Shown here: in pieces, positions 38,001 to 50,500 of the stretch | Layout of the letters: the number at the start of each line of letters is the position of its first letter | Numbering within the stretch: the first letter of the stretch is position 1 | Origin: Magallana gigas | Taxonomy: Eukaryota | Direction of reading: 5' to 3' | NCBI RefSeq assembly: GCF_963853765.1 | Contig: NC_088860.1 | Span: forward strand, 40,734,001 to 40,798,000 | Length of the DNA stretch: 64,000 nucleotides | Program-made: the position numbers and the translations under genes | The notes under the pieces: model-generated | Told to the model about the DNA's origin: nothing | The model's input: the letters and a program-made list of their open reading frames with translations, nothing else | Database searches by the model: none

Positions 38001-41000
38001 TATATATTGAGCAAATAAAGAATGACTCTTGTATACATGTAGTCATTGAATTTGAACCTGATACTGAGCATGAACCTGAAGATATGTTAAAGAGTGTTTT
38101 ATATTTGAAACATTTGCAAAAACTCTTTGATAGCTTTACTTTAAAAAAAAAGTAATGGTAATGGTAATGCATTACTTTACTCATGTAATGCATTACTTCA
38201 AGAAAATCAAGTAATGGTAATAGTAATTTAATGCCCAAATTCATGAAGTAATGGTAATGTAATGCATTACTTTACAATGTAATTCGCCCCAAGCCTGACT
38301 GAAACTGTTGTAAGGTAATTACTGAAACTGTTACAAGGTTATCAGAATTACTGTAAGAAGGTAATTACTGAAACTGTTTCAATGTCACTATAGTGACTGT
38401 TTTAACTGTCCATGTTATTACGACATTTTTAACTACTGTAACTTTAATAAGATAATAATTTAGTAAAAATTAATTGTAATTACTTAGTCCGCGTTCTACA
38501 TGAATTATAAAATATACTTTTACTAATACCAGTTGAATTTCAAATTAAATATCATTTTGGATTCTATTGCTTAGTATCCGATGACGAGGATATATCGGTC
38601 CCCGCCCCTCCACCCCCGCGCCGGATACCGAACAAGGATGCATACAAGGAGCGACCCCCGGCCCCACTCCCCGGTGAGGACGCCAATAAACCGGCACTAC
38701 CCACTACCGACATACCCTCAGTACCACCCAGGCAAACCGGAAGGGACGTCTCGGCCAAACCCGCCAAAGGTACAATGTGGTCACGTGATTGTAAAAAAGT
38801 TTTCAGAAATAGATGTATGGATGTTGGACTCATATTCAAAAAATCTTTTCCTGTACATCAATAGCATCTAGATGAATAACACAATATGTAGTAATTCAGA
38901 TTGTATGAACTTATACACAAAAACAAGCATACAAACATTTACTTCGTTTTATCGTCATTTTTCCATGCAGAAAATGAACACAGGAATGGACAAAGGCCGA
39001 GGAGACAATCTGAGGATGCTGTGGCGAAAGTTCACGTATGTCGTAAATAAATGTCACAGTTGTCAAATAGGAAAATGCACTTATCACAACTTTTCATGCA
39101 TTTGCCGACATTATATTAATATATTTGGATTTGAACCATGTATCAAATTTGATACACATTATGATTATCTTACATAAGTTTATTTTTTTCTTGCAGAAAG
39201 AATTAACAGAAGCTCTTTCAAATAGGTAGGTTTGTGAGTGGATTTTACGTGTGTTGTATGTATTTTTTAATGATTGTGAACAGTTATATCTTAGAATGTT
39301 GTTCGAAATTTTGACTAAAATTGATGAAAACTTAAAGCAACTGTCAGTCTCACTTGGTACTGAAATTTAATTTGAAATTGAATTGTCTCTGTTTAGCATT
39401 ATAGTGAAGAGCATTTAATATAGTAAAAATTCTTAATTAATCTAGACTTAAACGCTGTTAACATAATTACAATGTAATATTGGCATTTTGTAGTCATTCA
39501 CGTGGTAAAAGAGGATCTAAGGATAAAGAAGAGAGTCCGTTCACTGCGAGGAAGATGGCGGAAACCGTTGTAGATGAGGTATGTTTGTGACAGTTTGTTT
39601 CTGCACTTCAGTGCAGCATCTCTATGTTTACTCACATACATTATATCTATATTTTATATAATGAAAGAAATGCAAACAAATTCCGTATAATTTCAGCATA
39701 TGTGGTAAAACTGACAGAAATCGCTCTTTAATCCGGCGATTTATCAAAAGGTTTTTTTCTTGGAGTTATCTCTCTTATCACAGTGATAATTATATTTGCC
39801 TTAAATTTGAATTCTTGTACATTATTTTTTTATGTGTAATGAAGAACGTACTTAAAGAAACAGAGCCTAGATCATTGTTAACTCTTTCCTAGTTTTTAAA
39901 TGATTGTTAAGAAAAATAATTTATAAAACGATTAAATGGTTATGTATCCCCAATTACTTCCTTATTACAATGTACATGTATGTCCTTATCAAGAGTTCAT
40001 CTCGTCTTTGTAAAATCATGAATTCCACGGCGGACCGTACGCGCATGTAACAATTTGTTTTGTTATACTTTCAAGTTAAATACTGAAATCTGATTGGTTA
40101 AGACGCAGTTCACAATCCGTTATATTACCTTCAGCGTTAGTAACGCACTTAGCAACGGGTAACATTATATAAATAGTGCCTGTTTGGGAGGGTAACAGTT
40201 GAAATTGACACCCCTCGAAAACCATTGTCAACCTCCGCTTCGCGTCGGTTGACAATGGTTTTCGAGGGGTCGCGGAGGTTGACAATGGTTTTCGAGGGGT
40301 GTCAATTTCAACTGTTATCCTCCCAAACAGGCACTATTTATTTTGTTATACTGAATGTCTTAATTTTTAGGAACATTTTACTGCTTTTATATAGGAATAA
40401 CGTGAATTCTACAGCGAACCGTACGCGCAGAATTACATTCGCGCATGTAACATTTTTTAATGTTACCCGTTGCTAAGTGCGTTGCTAACGCTGAGGGTAA
40501 TAGAAAGGATTATGAACTGCGTCTTAACCAATCAGATTTCAGTATTCAACATGAAAGTATAACAATACAAATTGTTACCTGCGCGAAAATTATGCGCGTA
40601 CGGTTCGCTGTAGAATTCACGCGTCGGTTGACAATGGTTTCCTCGGGGTGTCAATTTCAACTGTTATCCAGGGTTGGCCGGGAAATACCAGTGCTGGGAA
40701 TTACCGGTGGTAAATATTGGGTGTGTTGCATACGGTAAAGACACAGTCATACTTTAATTTTCATAATTTGGCCAATTTTCACATACATCAAATAACTAGA
40801 AAACAGATCTTTTGATATCATGTTTATGATAACTGTATAGATGCACCTTTACATGTACCCGACTTAACTCTTAAAAATGAATAACAATGGTGTATGAATG
40901 AACCATGTTTAGAGTATTTATAAGAAGATAACTGATATATTACTGGTCAGTCAAAACTTGATAAAATCAAAGACAATTATAAAATGTCATTGCTGACAAG

Positions 41001-42436
41001 GTGTACTATTGTCTACATCCCTACAGATTTGATTTAGACTGAGTATGAAGTACTTTAATATGTAGTTTTACTTTATTTCCCAGTATTTCCCGGGAAATAC
41101 CAGTAATTCCTGGGAATTACCAGTATTTCCCACCGTCCTGGGAAATATGAGTATTTCCCACTTTTTTGCCAACCCTGGTTATCCTCCCAAACATGCACTA
41201 TTTATATAGTGTTGCCCGTTGCCAAGGGTGTTGCTAACGCTGAGGGTAATAGAACGGATTATTAACTTTTGCCTAAATCAATCAGATTTCAGTATTTAAC
41301 ATGAAAGTATAATAAAAACATAATACATGTACCTTATTGTTGCTTATTGCAGGATGACGATGAGGAGGATAGTGAGGACTACTGGGAAAATATTTATTAT
41401 GATGGCGAGGACAAGGACAAGGCACAAGAGTAAGAGTATTCCGAAATGTCAACTAAATATCAAATGAACTCCACATACGTGTTCATAATGCATCAAAGAA
41501 GTAAATATATTTAGTAATACTGAAAACTGTTGACATGACATTGTAAACATAACTCATGCACCAAGTAGTTGTTTCTATTTTTTAAATAGGATTATAAGAA
41601 ACATAGGAGATGATGGCGTGTATCTTGTCAGGACAGGAGCGGATGGCGGACAGGTTGGAATTTTTAATTCAGATTAAATGTGAAAACACTAGTTTTATTG
41701 TTATACTTTGCGACTAAAAAAAATGTTCTCTTGTTACATCAGATTTTTTTTATTAAAGTTCGAGTCATTATGCTGTACTAGTATTTCTATTTCAACAGGT
41801 GCTTGTAGTATATGCTGAAAATATGCCAAAGAAATATAAAATTACTAATGAGGTCAGTATAAATCGAGTAAAACGGGTATTATAATAATCATATTGTATT
41901 AAATTGGAGATAAATGCATTATTGACTTGACACGTTACTATTTGATAAATAGTTACTTCAGAGAAATTCTTTCGTAACATTAGAAGACAGATTGGTATAT
42001 GGTAACCGTTACGCCTTGTTTATCCTTCGGATAAGCTTGCTTTCTTTTTTTTTCTTTTTTTTTTTTGGTTTTAAAAATTTTTCATGCAAAATATTATATC
42101 CAGATGAATTATTGCTTATATTTTAATTCTTGAACTGGTTCCCATTCAAACTCGTCCGGAAGTTGAAATGTCCAGATGAGCGAGGCTCAACTGAACACTT
42201 TCATGTTTCGGTTACAAAGAGGTACTGTCTTTAATAAACTGTTTGCTTGTCACATAACTATGCTAAGAAAAAGTTTTGTTTCTTCGTTTCAGAATGGAGA
42301 ATATTACTTAAAGAAAGATGGCCCGCACGCCGATTCGGTGGAAATGTTAATGTATGAATATTATACAACAGAACTGCCGACAGCCAAAGCGTGTTTAGAA
42401 ACTCCTTTTAAACTCCACCCTAAATACAAAGGATAG
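31022..42436 (+). CDS. SH3BP2: SH3 domain-binding protein 2-like adaptor (PH, proline-rich, SH2), copy 1, 14 coding exons, 428 aa
   Basis: join(31022..31061,33161..33247,34235..34337,34808..34928,36094..36170,36364..36509,38575..38769,38971..39035,39197..39225,39494..39578,41353..41429,41590..41653,41799..41852,42293..42436) = 1287 nt with consistent phases. PH: IGCQDLL...GWLRK...WPQIYMVLSGGCIYYFK...FTLYGYN...FAFKVVH...TYFFAAGSEKEMKEWM, closely resembling the recalled human SH3BP2 PH domain. PxxP-rich linker. SH2 with GVYLVR. Confidence 0.88.
31375..32222 (+). mobile_element. Degenerate HINE-like remnant (second copy 45258-46142)
   Basis: 5' tttagctcacctgagc. 3' agatgagc subTIR-like motif plus palindrome ggcccatgggcc (32206-32217) and ctctt end. 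Confidence 0.4.
32518..32585 (+). mobile_element. 68-bp mini-Helitron (second copy 46440-46507)
   Basis: A|TCTATTATAATACAT start identical to 12166. Hairpin tactga-ata-tcagta 12 nt before CTAG|T. Confidence 0.55.
32939..33143. repeat. Degenerate gatatcgttacaa minisatellite just before SH3BP2-like coding exon 2 (second copy about 46860-47065)
   Basis: Repeated gatat(c/t)gtt motifs. Confidence 0.7.
34936..35006. repeat. (TC)n microsatellite immediately after the GC donor
   Basis: Pure TC run. The homologous position in copy 2 is the 197-N gap. Confidence 0.95.
37025..38380. repeat. About 22-bp gtaattactgaaactgttacaag minisatellite split by a hAT MITE (second copy about 52000-53360)
   Basis: The same motif occurs on both sides of 37310-38297. 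Confidence 0.75.
37310..38297. mobile_element. Non-autonomous hAT-type element (988 bp), copy 1
   Basis: 8-bp TSD ACTGAAAC (37302-37309, 38298-38305). TIR caggct(t)tggg / ccccaagcctg. Subterminal gtaatg/cattac repeats. Confidence 0.85.
40020..41312. mobile_element. Nest of foldback (palindromic) repeat modules, mostly private to copy 1
   Basis: About 103-bp inverted repeat 40062-40164 / 40461-40563. Palindrome 40170-40340. Perfect 28-bp inverted repeat 40402-40429 / 40593-40620. Copy 2 lacks about 40060-41208. Confidence 0.8.
40669..41177. mobile_element. 509-bp TIR element (hAT-like ends) with a 6-bp TSD
   Basis: TIR cagggttggc / gccaaccctg flanked by GTTATC (40663-40668, 41178-41183). Removing it restores tcaactgttatcctcccaaac, seen intact at about 40308-40328. 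Confidence 0.82.
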
Positions 42437-43975
42437 CAAATCAAATTAGGAAATCCCTCGCTGAATTCCCTGCGGACCTTTAAGCTTTTCCAGTGGCCGT
42501 GATACCTAATGACTTTTCTGTAGCGTTGATCAGAGTGTATTTTTTTATTATAAGGTTTTCAGGTTTCCTAAATTAGGAAATGATTTTATTTGATTTCTAT
42601 TAACAGTCATATTTTCTAATCCTTTGAAAATGTGTCATTTGTAATTTTTGACAGTATAAAATTTTGAAAAAATACACGAAAGTCATTACACCGTTGCAGT
42701 TTACATTACACTAGTTTGCAAAAGGGTACAAATATCTAAATACAACAATACTAATATGCATAATTAAAATAACAAATTAAGCCAATGACTTTTTTCATTC
42801 AGAATATAAAGTATTTCGGGTTAGCAAGGTGCTAGATTGGACAGGTGTTACTTTGTTTATTCTAATTCGTGATTTAATATTAGTTATTTATTTGGTATAA
42901 GTACATGTATATATTTGTAATCACCTTATGATTGTTAAATGTCTGAATCTTGTTATAACTTGTATGTAAAGGAATGAATCTTCAGAGAAATTAGTGTAGT
43001 GTTCATGAATGATTTATAATAAACAATATACGAATATTTTTTTAATATAGCGTGACGTCTTTTTTTTTTACAGACAAACCTACATGAAATTCTTAAGACT
43101 AAGGGGGGGGGGGGGGGGGGGGGGGGGAGTCTGAGACATATAAATTTTCGATAAGAATTTTATCATATGGGAAAAATTTAAATTTACTGGTACCGGACCC
43201 ACCCACCCCCACCCCCCCCCCCCGGCGAAACGCACCCCACCACACAAACCTCTAGATCCGCGCTTGCATCACTTTCAAGTTTGCATATATCTATTGCACT
43301 CTTGCTCTATAATCCTGATATATGTAGCCACTAGTTTGGTTTATACATGTTCCAAGATACCATAACGCAATGGCCCCAATTCATCTAAATATTTTAAAAC
43401 GAGCAACGATATCACTCTGATTCAAACAGCTTTGATAAATAAAATATGAATATATCCCTACAATTTAGCATTTTTAAAAAAAATTTAACACTCTTTAAGC
43501 ATCGAGTTCCTAATATAGAATGGAGATTTTTTAAAGATTTTTAAAAAGACTTCCCCCCGTATATAATCTTACGTCAATTTTACAGCCCCCCCCCCTCAAC
43601 CGTACAATCTATAAACCTACTACCTGGGAAGTTTCCATATTCAAGTTTCCATTTTATTGTCCAAATAGTATATTTGAGAAGAACTTTTTAGCGTGTCAAT
43701 TTTTTTTATTTCCTAAGTATCCCCCCTTTCAAATTGCTTCCGACGTCTATGTTATATAATTTTGGTTTAATGTATCTATAGGCGACGTGGTAGGATGAAA
43801 ATTCTTCCAGTTGATGTTCATAACAAGAGATGCATGGTGAACTTTGAACAGATGAAAAGTAACTTGTATGCATACACAACTTTATGCAAAATTAAATTTA
43901 TACCTGTGGATGATGTCTGTGAGCGTATATGTTCTATTTGTAATCCTCAATAGCTTAATCAAATTATGCATGTCA

Positions 43976-44240
43976 TTTTGGTTTACCTGGGTCACTCAGG
44001 TGAAACGTTGCTATCTGCTTTCGTCCATTGTTGTGCGTCGTGAATTTGAACATTTTCAGCTTCTTCTCTGAAATTACTAGAGTTATATTGACCACATTTG
44101 ATGTCTAGCATTTAAAGCAGGGCAGCTAGTAGGAAACAGGAATAGGGATATTTTTGACACCATCCCTAGGGGCCATACATTTTGGGTATAAACTCCGAAA
44201 ATTGATGCAATTTATAGAATTCTTCTTCACTACAAGTTTA
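43976..44240 (+). mobile_element. 5'-terminal HINE-like fragment (second copy 57817-58080)
   Basis: T-run plus imperfect palindrome tttacctgggtcactcaggtgaaa followed by a decayed cgtc/cgtcgt tract. No 3' end seen. Confidence 0.45.
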
Positions 44241-44314
44241 CAGTCTAATATATAATACTGTAGTCATTATCAAAATATACAGTCTGATATGATAATATGT
44301 CCTACATAATTCTA

Positions 44315-44514
44315 NNNNNNNNNNNNNNNNNNNNNNNNNNNNNNNNNNNNNNNNNNNNNNNNNNNNNNNNNNNNNNNNNNNNNNNNNNNNNNNNNNNNNN
44401 NNNNNNNNNNNNNNNNNNNNNNNNNNNNNNNNNNNNNNNNNNNNNNNNNNNNNNNNNNNNNNNNNNNNNNNNNNNNNNNNNNNNNNNNNNNNNNNNNNNN
44501 NNNNNNNNNNNNNN
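44315..44514. other. Assembly gap (200 N) at the duplication junction
   Basis: N run read directly. Confidence 0.99.
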
Positions 44515-44574
<60 letters not shown>

Positions 44575-44900
44575 GACAATATTCTTTAACTGTAAGATGA
44601 GGCGTCATGCTTTGCATGTGCTTGATTTCAACAATACTTTTGAAATTAGATACACGCCTTGAAGTGTAGAAAAATAAAATACGGAAATATGAAGTACTAG
44701 ATTGGTTTGTCTTATTGTGACAGTATTTGATTTTATCGTGATGTTTGTGAATTTCTTTCGTGATTGTTTAATTAATTTTGTTAATTTGCTTGTACGTGTT
44801 TTTTTTGTTTTTGTTTTGGTGTTTACTAAAGCTATACATGTACTTATATACCTATATGATTTATTTTATAGGCAGAATAAGAATGTAAAAAAGACGAGAG

Positions 44901-45778
44901 ATGTCAGAACATAAGATTCCTCAACCGTTAGATAATATCGGTAAGTTTTTTTTATTCTTACAAAAATAATGGTATAAAAATTATCAGATTCACTCCACCA
45001 ATCACATGCCATATATATATACTGCCTCAAGACTCACTTGTATAATGTTTAATCGTTGATTCCTGTACATGCACGGGGAAATCATTATAGAATTTGTTAT
45101 GGCTGAATTGTTACAAATTTCGTGCCCCCCCCCCCCCCCCCTCCGGCCACCCTCAATCATTATCGAGTGAACATCCTCAACGAAATAGAAGTGAATTCTT
45201 AAATTTAATAATTATATTTTATTATTCTTGCAAATCAAATAAATGTCTCGTTATTGATTTAGCTCACCTGAGCCGAAAGCGAATGGTTTTTAGTCAGGCT
45301 TTGCTGAAAGCAAACCTGGCTATATATTCATGCAAATTGCAAGTGTTTCTATGAATACCACTAGTGCAAAGGTAAACATAAAAACCAACTTTTCACAGAG
45401 AAACACGTTTTGTTTTTTATTTTTATTTCCAATTTTTAATCTTTTACATGTACCCGGTAAGTTTGTTCTTTCCAACCACTTGGTCTGTTGAACGTTGAAC
45501 TTCACTTGATGCAAAGCGTCTTTTTTATTAATTGCGATGATTAATTAAAACATGACAACAACAAAGACGTTATAACAAATTCACACTCAGACCGATATCA
45601 GGTTATCTCCCTTATCCTAAAGTTGTATAATAAACCGACCGGATATAAGTAATAATCGACCGTCCCCGGCCCCTCGCTATAACTGTATTTTGCGGTAACT
45701 TCTTTTATGTTTTTATGTTTGCTCAAAGGAAAACCTGTATCTGTCGTCAAGAGAATAATATTTGAAAAGGAGTGCAAT

Positions 45779-45840
<62 letters not shown>

Positions 45841-47515
45841 CTAGATAAGCAAACGCCGATGTGTGGAATATGATAGACTTTGATTTCTTTATTAAAACAA
45901 ATACTTAAGATATGATATTTTTAAATTTGACTTAAATTTGTTTCATCGTTTAATATTCGAGCTAATATAAAATTCAAAGAACTAATATTTCTTGCATTTT
46001 TACGAATGAAAGTATGCGATGCATTCATTTTGGATATACATGTATTTAATTTCATTGCCCAGCGTGTATTAAAATAATCACACTATTTCGAGAGATAAAT
46101 TGCAATTGTTGGGGAGATGAGCAATACGGCCCATGGGCCTCTCTTAATCATGCTCTTCCAAGAAACAGTTTTCTTCCAACATCCGATGGTTCTGATTCAT
46201 CAATAGACGTTTGTTTGGTCCTGTCTTTCTTCCTCTTCCTCCAAATACTTAAACAGAGTCTATGTTTCCCATTGAATCAGTACTTTTCTTGCTGTACTTC
46301 TTTTTTGTTCCTACGTACATTAAGGATGTTAGTTTCAAATTTTTTTTAAAAGGTCATTTTGGTGATCATTATATTTATCAACATTATATCTATATTTATC
46401 ACTCGTTTCCCCGAAAGTGCGATGACTGTATATAACCTATCTATTATAATACATTCTTGTTTAACGCCGTGTAAACCGATTACTGAATATCAGTAGCAGA
46501 CGACTAGTAACAACAATTGTCCATGATAAGAAACATATATACATGTTACAATACAACATCTCGAAAAAGCGCGGGAATTGAATGGAAATCTCCAGTAATT
46601 ATAGGTCCTAATATTAATTTGTTATTAATACGATACTGATAAGAAAACTATCATTTTCGTCGGGTTTATTCTCTGCATTTACTTTTATCGAGGGAAATTT
46701 ACATTTCATAACTTTATTACTGATTTCTTTTATCTATGTAATAAACTATAGCCCCTGTTAACAACTGTTTTGCTCGACCCAGGAACGGATGTGTTGTTCT
46801 CGGTCTCTGGTCCGATATCGGGTAAAAGAACCCAGCTGCTGTCAATATCTGTATAGTGTATCGATATATCGTTACAATATATCGTTACAAGATATTTTCT
46901 TGAGATATCATAAATTGTTACCGGATATTGTTACAAAATATTCTTAGAGATATCGTTGTGTGATATCGTTGCGTTATATACATACTACTAGTAGATATTG
47001 TTTGAGATATTCTTATGAAATATTGACTGTTAAAGATATCGTTCTGAGATATCGTTACAAGATATCTGCTTCTGTCTGCAGGTTGTCAGGATCTGCTACA
47101 AGAAGATTACAGTCACTGTGGCTGGCTGAGGAAGCAGAGCTTTATCAACAGAGTTGGCAAATTCCGCTGTAAGTGTAATATCCACTTCAATAGGTACTTG
47201 ATAAAAGTTACACTACATCTGTGTTATACAAGAGTATGCCATGTTATGTACTAGTACTAGTACTAGTACCATGTTATGTACTAAGAGTTCTTGTCATAGT
47301 AAGACTCGTGCAGCGTTACAAAGCGATTGGTACAATAACATTGCGTAAGCTTACGGTATGTAATTAGAGAGTTTCAGAGGCCCATGGGCTTTAACGGTCA
47401 CCTGAGTAAGGCATAGCAATTTGATGTAGCCTACATTATATTCAATACAGTTAATGTTGCAGGGTTAGGGTTAAGATATCTAAACAGTACTCAGGATATC
47501 AGGATAAATTCAGGA

Positions 47516-47558
<43 letters not shown>

Positions 47559-50500
47559 TGGGGGTATAACAATCTTTAAGATGTCTTATGTAAATGCATC
47601 CTAAGGCTAGCACATAAATAAATATGCATACCGCCGTTTTTTAAGTTTATTATTGACAATCAAGAAAAAGGAATACCTATGGAATGGAGATGGAAGGGGG
47701 GGGGGGGGTAGATAATAAACCTTATACCAGTAAAATGTCAACCTGTCTCGAGTTTCATATAGTTACGTATATCCTCTGGCACAAGTAAGGTATTGTAAAC
47801 ACGTGTTTGTAGTTACGTGAACATACACAGTTTGCTGCAGAAAATAAAGGAAAATTTAAGCATTTTCAAGGATGTTTATTACTTCTTTCATTTACTTAAT
47901 ACGGGTACAATTCAAATTACTTCCTGTTCCACATTGTTTCCACAATGTAACTAGAACTCTCAATGAAACGTTTCAAAAAATATTCATTGCATCCTTGAAC
48001 AACAATTATACTAGCTACCACACTGTGCAAATGTCGTGCTTTTGCACGCTGTTAAACTAATCAGTGTATATATCTTTTATGAGTAAAATTCTTAACATAT
48101 CCAACCACAGCAAAAAAAGTCCAATTTAGTGTGGCTCAAATCTGAACAATAAAATTATTGTGCTTTCTTTTTCAATATTGTATTTCGTTTACGCAGGGCC
48201 TCAGATTTACATGGTGCTAAGCGGAGGATGTATTTATTACTTTAAAAATGAATACAGCACCCGTCCTGCCGGGAAATTCACACTGTATGGCTACAATACG
48301 TAAGTACAGTACAGTATCTAAATCGTAAGTTGTCTGTAACTTATTACAAGTGTAATTCGTAAGTTATTCACATTTGATGAACTAATATTCATGAATAACT
48401 GGTAGAGGTATTGAATACAACTTTGAAGATTTTTACTTGTAATTTGTAACTAGTATGCTTAATAACCTATTTGCCTCTTTGTTGCCTCTTTGGTTGATAA
48501 AAATCATATATATATATCAATTTTAAAGTTACTTTTATATCGTCAACACATATTGTGTGTTCAGCGACTGCCCGCTATATACATGTACATAACCCTTTGA
48601 AATTTCATGTTATTGTTTACATGTGTATTTACATGTAAAACTCTGAAATGATTACATGTTGACCAACAGTTTATAAGTTAACAAAATTAAATTTCAACAA
48701 ACAGCTTATTACCATAAATATTCCCAATTTTAAACTGCCACCTTTTCTTCAGGGTCAGTAGAGCACAGGAAAAAGTTTCCCCCAAGGTGGCCCCCTTTGC
48801 CTTTAAGGTTGTCCATGCCTCACCAGATTATAAAACCTACTTCTTTGCTGCTGGATCTNNNNNNNNNNNNNNNNNNNNNNNNNNNNNNNNNNNNNNNNNN
48901 NNNNNNNNNNNNNNNNNNNNNNNNNNNNNNNNNNNNNNNNNNNNNNNNNNNNNNNNNNNNNNNNNNNNNNNNNNNNNNNNNNNNNNNNNNNNNNNNNNNN
49001 NNNNNNNNNNNNNNNNNNNNNNNNNNNNNNNNNNNNNNNNNNNNNNNNNNNNNNNCAAACCAAACAAAAATCAAACAAAATAGGAAAAAAAACATTATAC
49101 AACCTGCGTTTACTGAACTGCAATAGATATATTGCAAAATTGGGTGATTTTATCGGTTTGGAAATGCTTTACTTTCTTTACTGTAAAACGAACTGTAAAA
49201 GTTCATAAGTTTGCTCAGTTAAATTCATGCCTCCAAATTTATTCGCAATCTTCCTTACCAATTGAATGGCATTTGATTAATAAGTAATTAGACTTCTAAA
49301 TATTTTTAATCATGCATGATTATATGTATCAGCAGTCTAAAAGTAGCTAAAAATATCTCTAAATATGATGACCGCTAAGTCAACCTTTACACGCCGCATC
49401 AAACAGTTTCTTACAATGTTCAGGAAACCTGAGATTGTGTTTTGGTCATAATGATAAACTTTAAAAAAGGGATCTCTCTAATAAATTCAATGGCATTTTT
49501 GATTGGATGTTCTATATTTATTCTTGGTAGTAACTGAGTGTTGTGCTTCATTAGGCCAAATTGTTAAGAAAGTTGGCACATTTCATGCGCATAGACATGC
49601 GCATGTGCATTGGCCAGTCACCAACATACGTTTTTTAGGTTGCCACATCACGTGAGGTTTTTTTCCTGAATACGGGAAATCAGCATGTGTCCAATTGTAC
49701 TTTAAACTAACGCAAAATATACCATTGTACGTAGAAATAAATTTGCTGACATTTTTACATTATATTTTTATCATATAAACAATTTTTGTGTCCCATTAGT
49801 GAATGCTGGTTTTCGAGTGTATTAATTACCACGCGGTGTAAAGGTTTTAAGCAATGTTTCAATTATGTAATTATTGAAAATTAAAGACAAATTTTTATCG
49901 CAGACATAGACACTAGAAAAATGTAAATATAGATTTTAAAACGTACCAACATGTATTCGAATATTGATGCATTTGCTACATTTCGGATTGCTTGCCATTG
50001 AATAGTGAAATAAATCAATTATTTCTTAATTATTTTTTTTCATTTTCAGGAATGGATGAAGCATATTAAAAGTCAGCTAGTCAAAGCTAATGGCCAGAAG
50101 TCAGATAACTACTATTACACGTATAAGTAAGTTTTTAAATGTTATATGTGAAATATGGATCTAACTGAAAGGTGGCAGCAAATTTCCTAAAGAAAAGGGG
50201 AGGGGCTTTAAATAAATTAGTCTTAATCGCGGCTTAAAACACTTGTTTTATTTTGATTCATTGTGTCTTATGAAACAAATTATGAAAGAAGTAAAACAAT
50301 TTGGGTTTCCTGTCTTCAGGAGAGCCGGAAAACAGGCGGCCGCGGAAGAGGACGACAAATCGATGACGTATCAAGAAATTGAAACTGACATCTATGGTGA
50401 CACTAATGCCTTCAAAGTCACGAGTGACTACGCACTCAAATTTAAATTAAAGGGAAAGGATGATGGTGAGACAATTGAAAAATAGTTGTTTATTTACATA

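Larger units (their letters stand above)
30638..44314 (+). repeat. 13.7-kb direct duplication, copy 1 (begins in a (TC)n run at 30638-30691)
   Basis: Colinear with 44515-58161 from (TC)n-ccatagacaatattc to ...gataatatgtcct(gttact)acataattcta. Confidence 0.97.

Noticed and set aside
37981-38244. Identical 87-aa ORF in both copies, as a possible transposase
   Set aside because: Lies in an AT-rich non-autonomous hAT element with no transposase motif. Identity reflects the duplication.
38564-38871. ORF-track proteins MTRIYRSPPL... and the antisense Gly-rich ORF
   Set aside because: Wrong frame or strand of the proline-rich exon 38575-38769, as fixed by splice phase and synonymous-only differences.
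40076-40738. ORFs sharing RRLTMVFEG and MLPVAKCV
   Set aside because: Produced by the inverted and duplicated modules of the foldback nest.
41626-41650. RTGADG as a tankyrase-binding motif
   Set aside because: The Arg is the conserved phosphotyrosine-binding residue of the SH2 YLVR motif, inside a folded domain rather than a disordered linker.
47461-47472. Telomeric (TTAGGG) repeat
   Set aside because: Only about two units, expected by chance.
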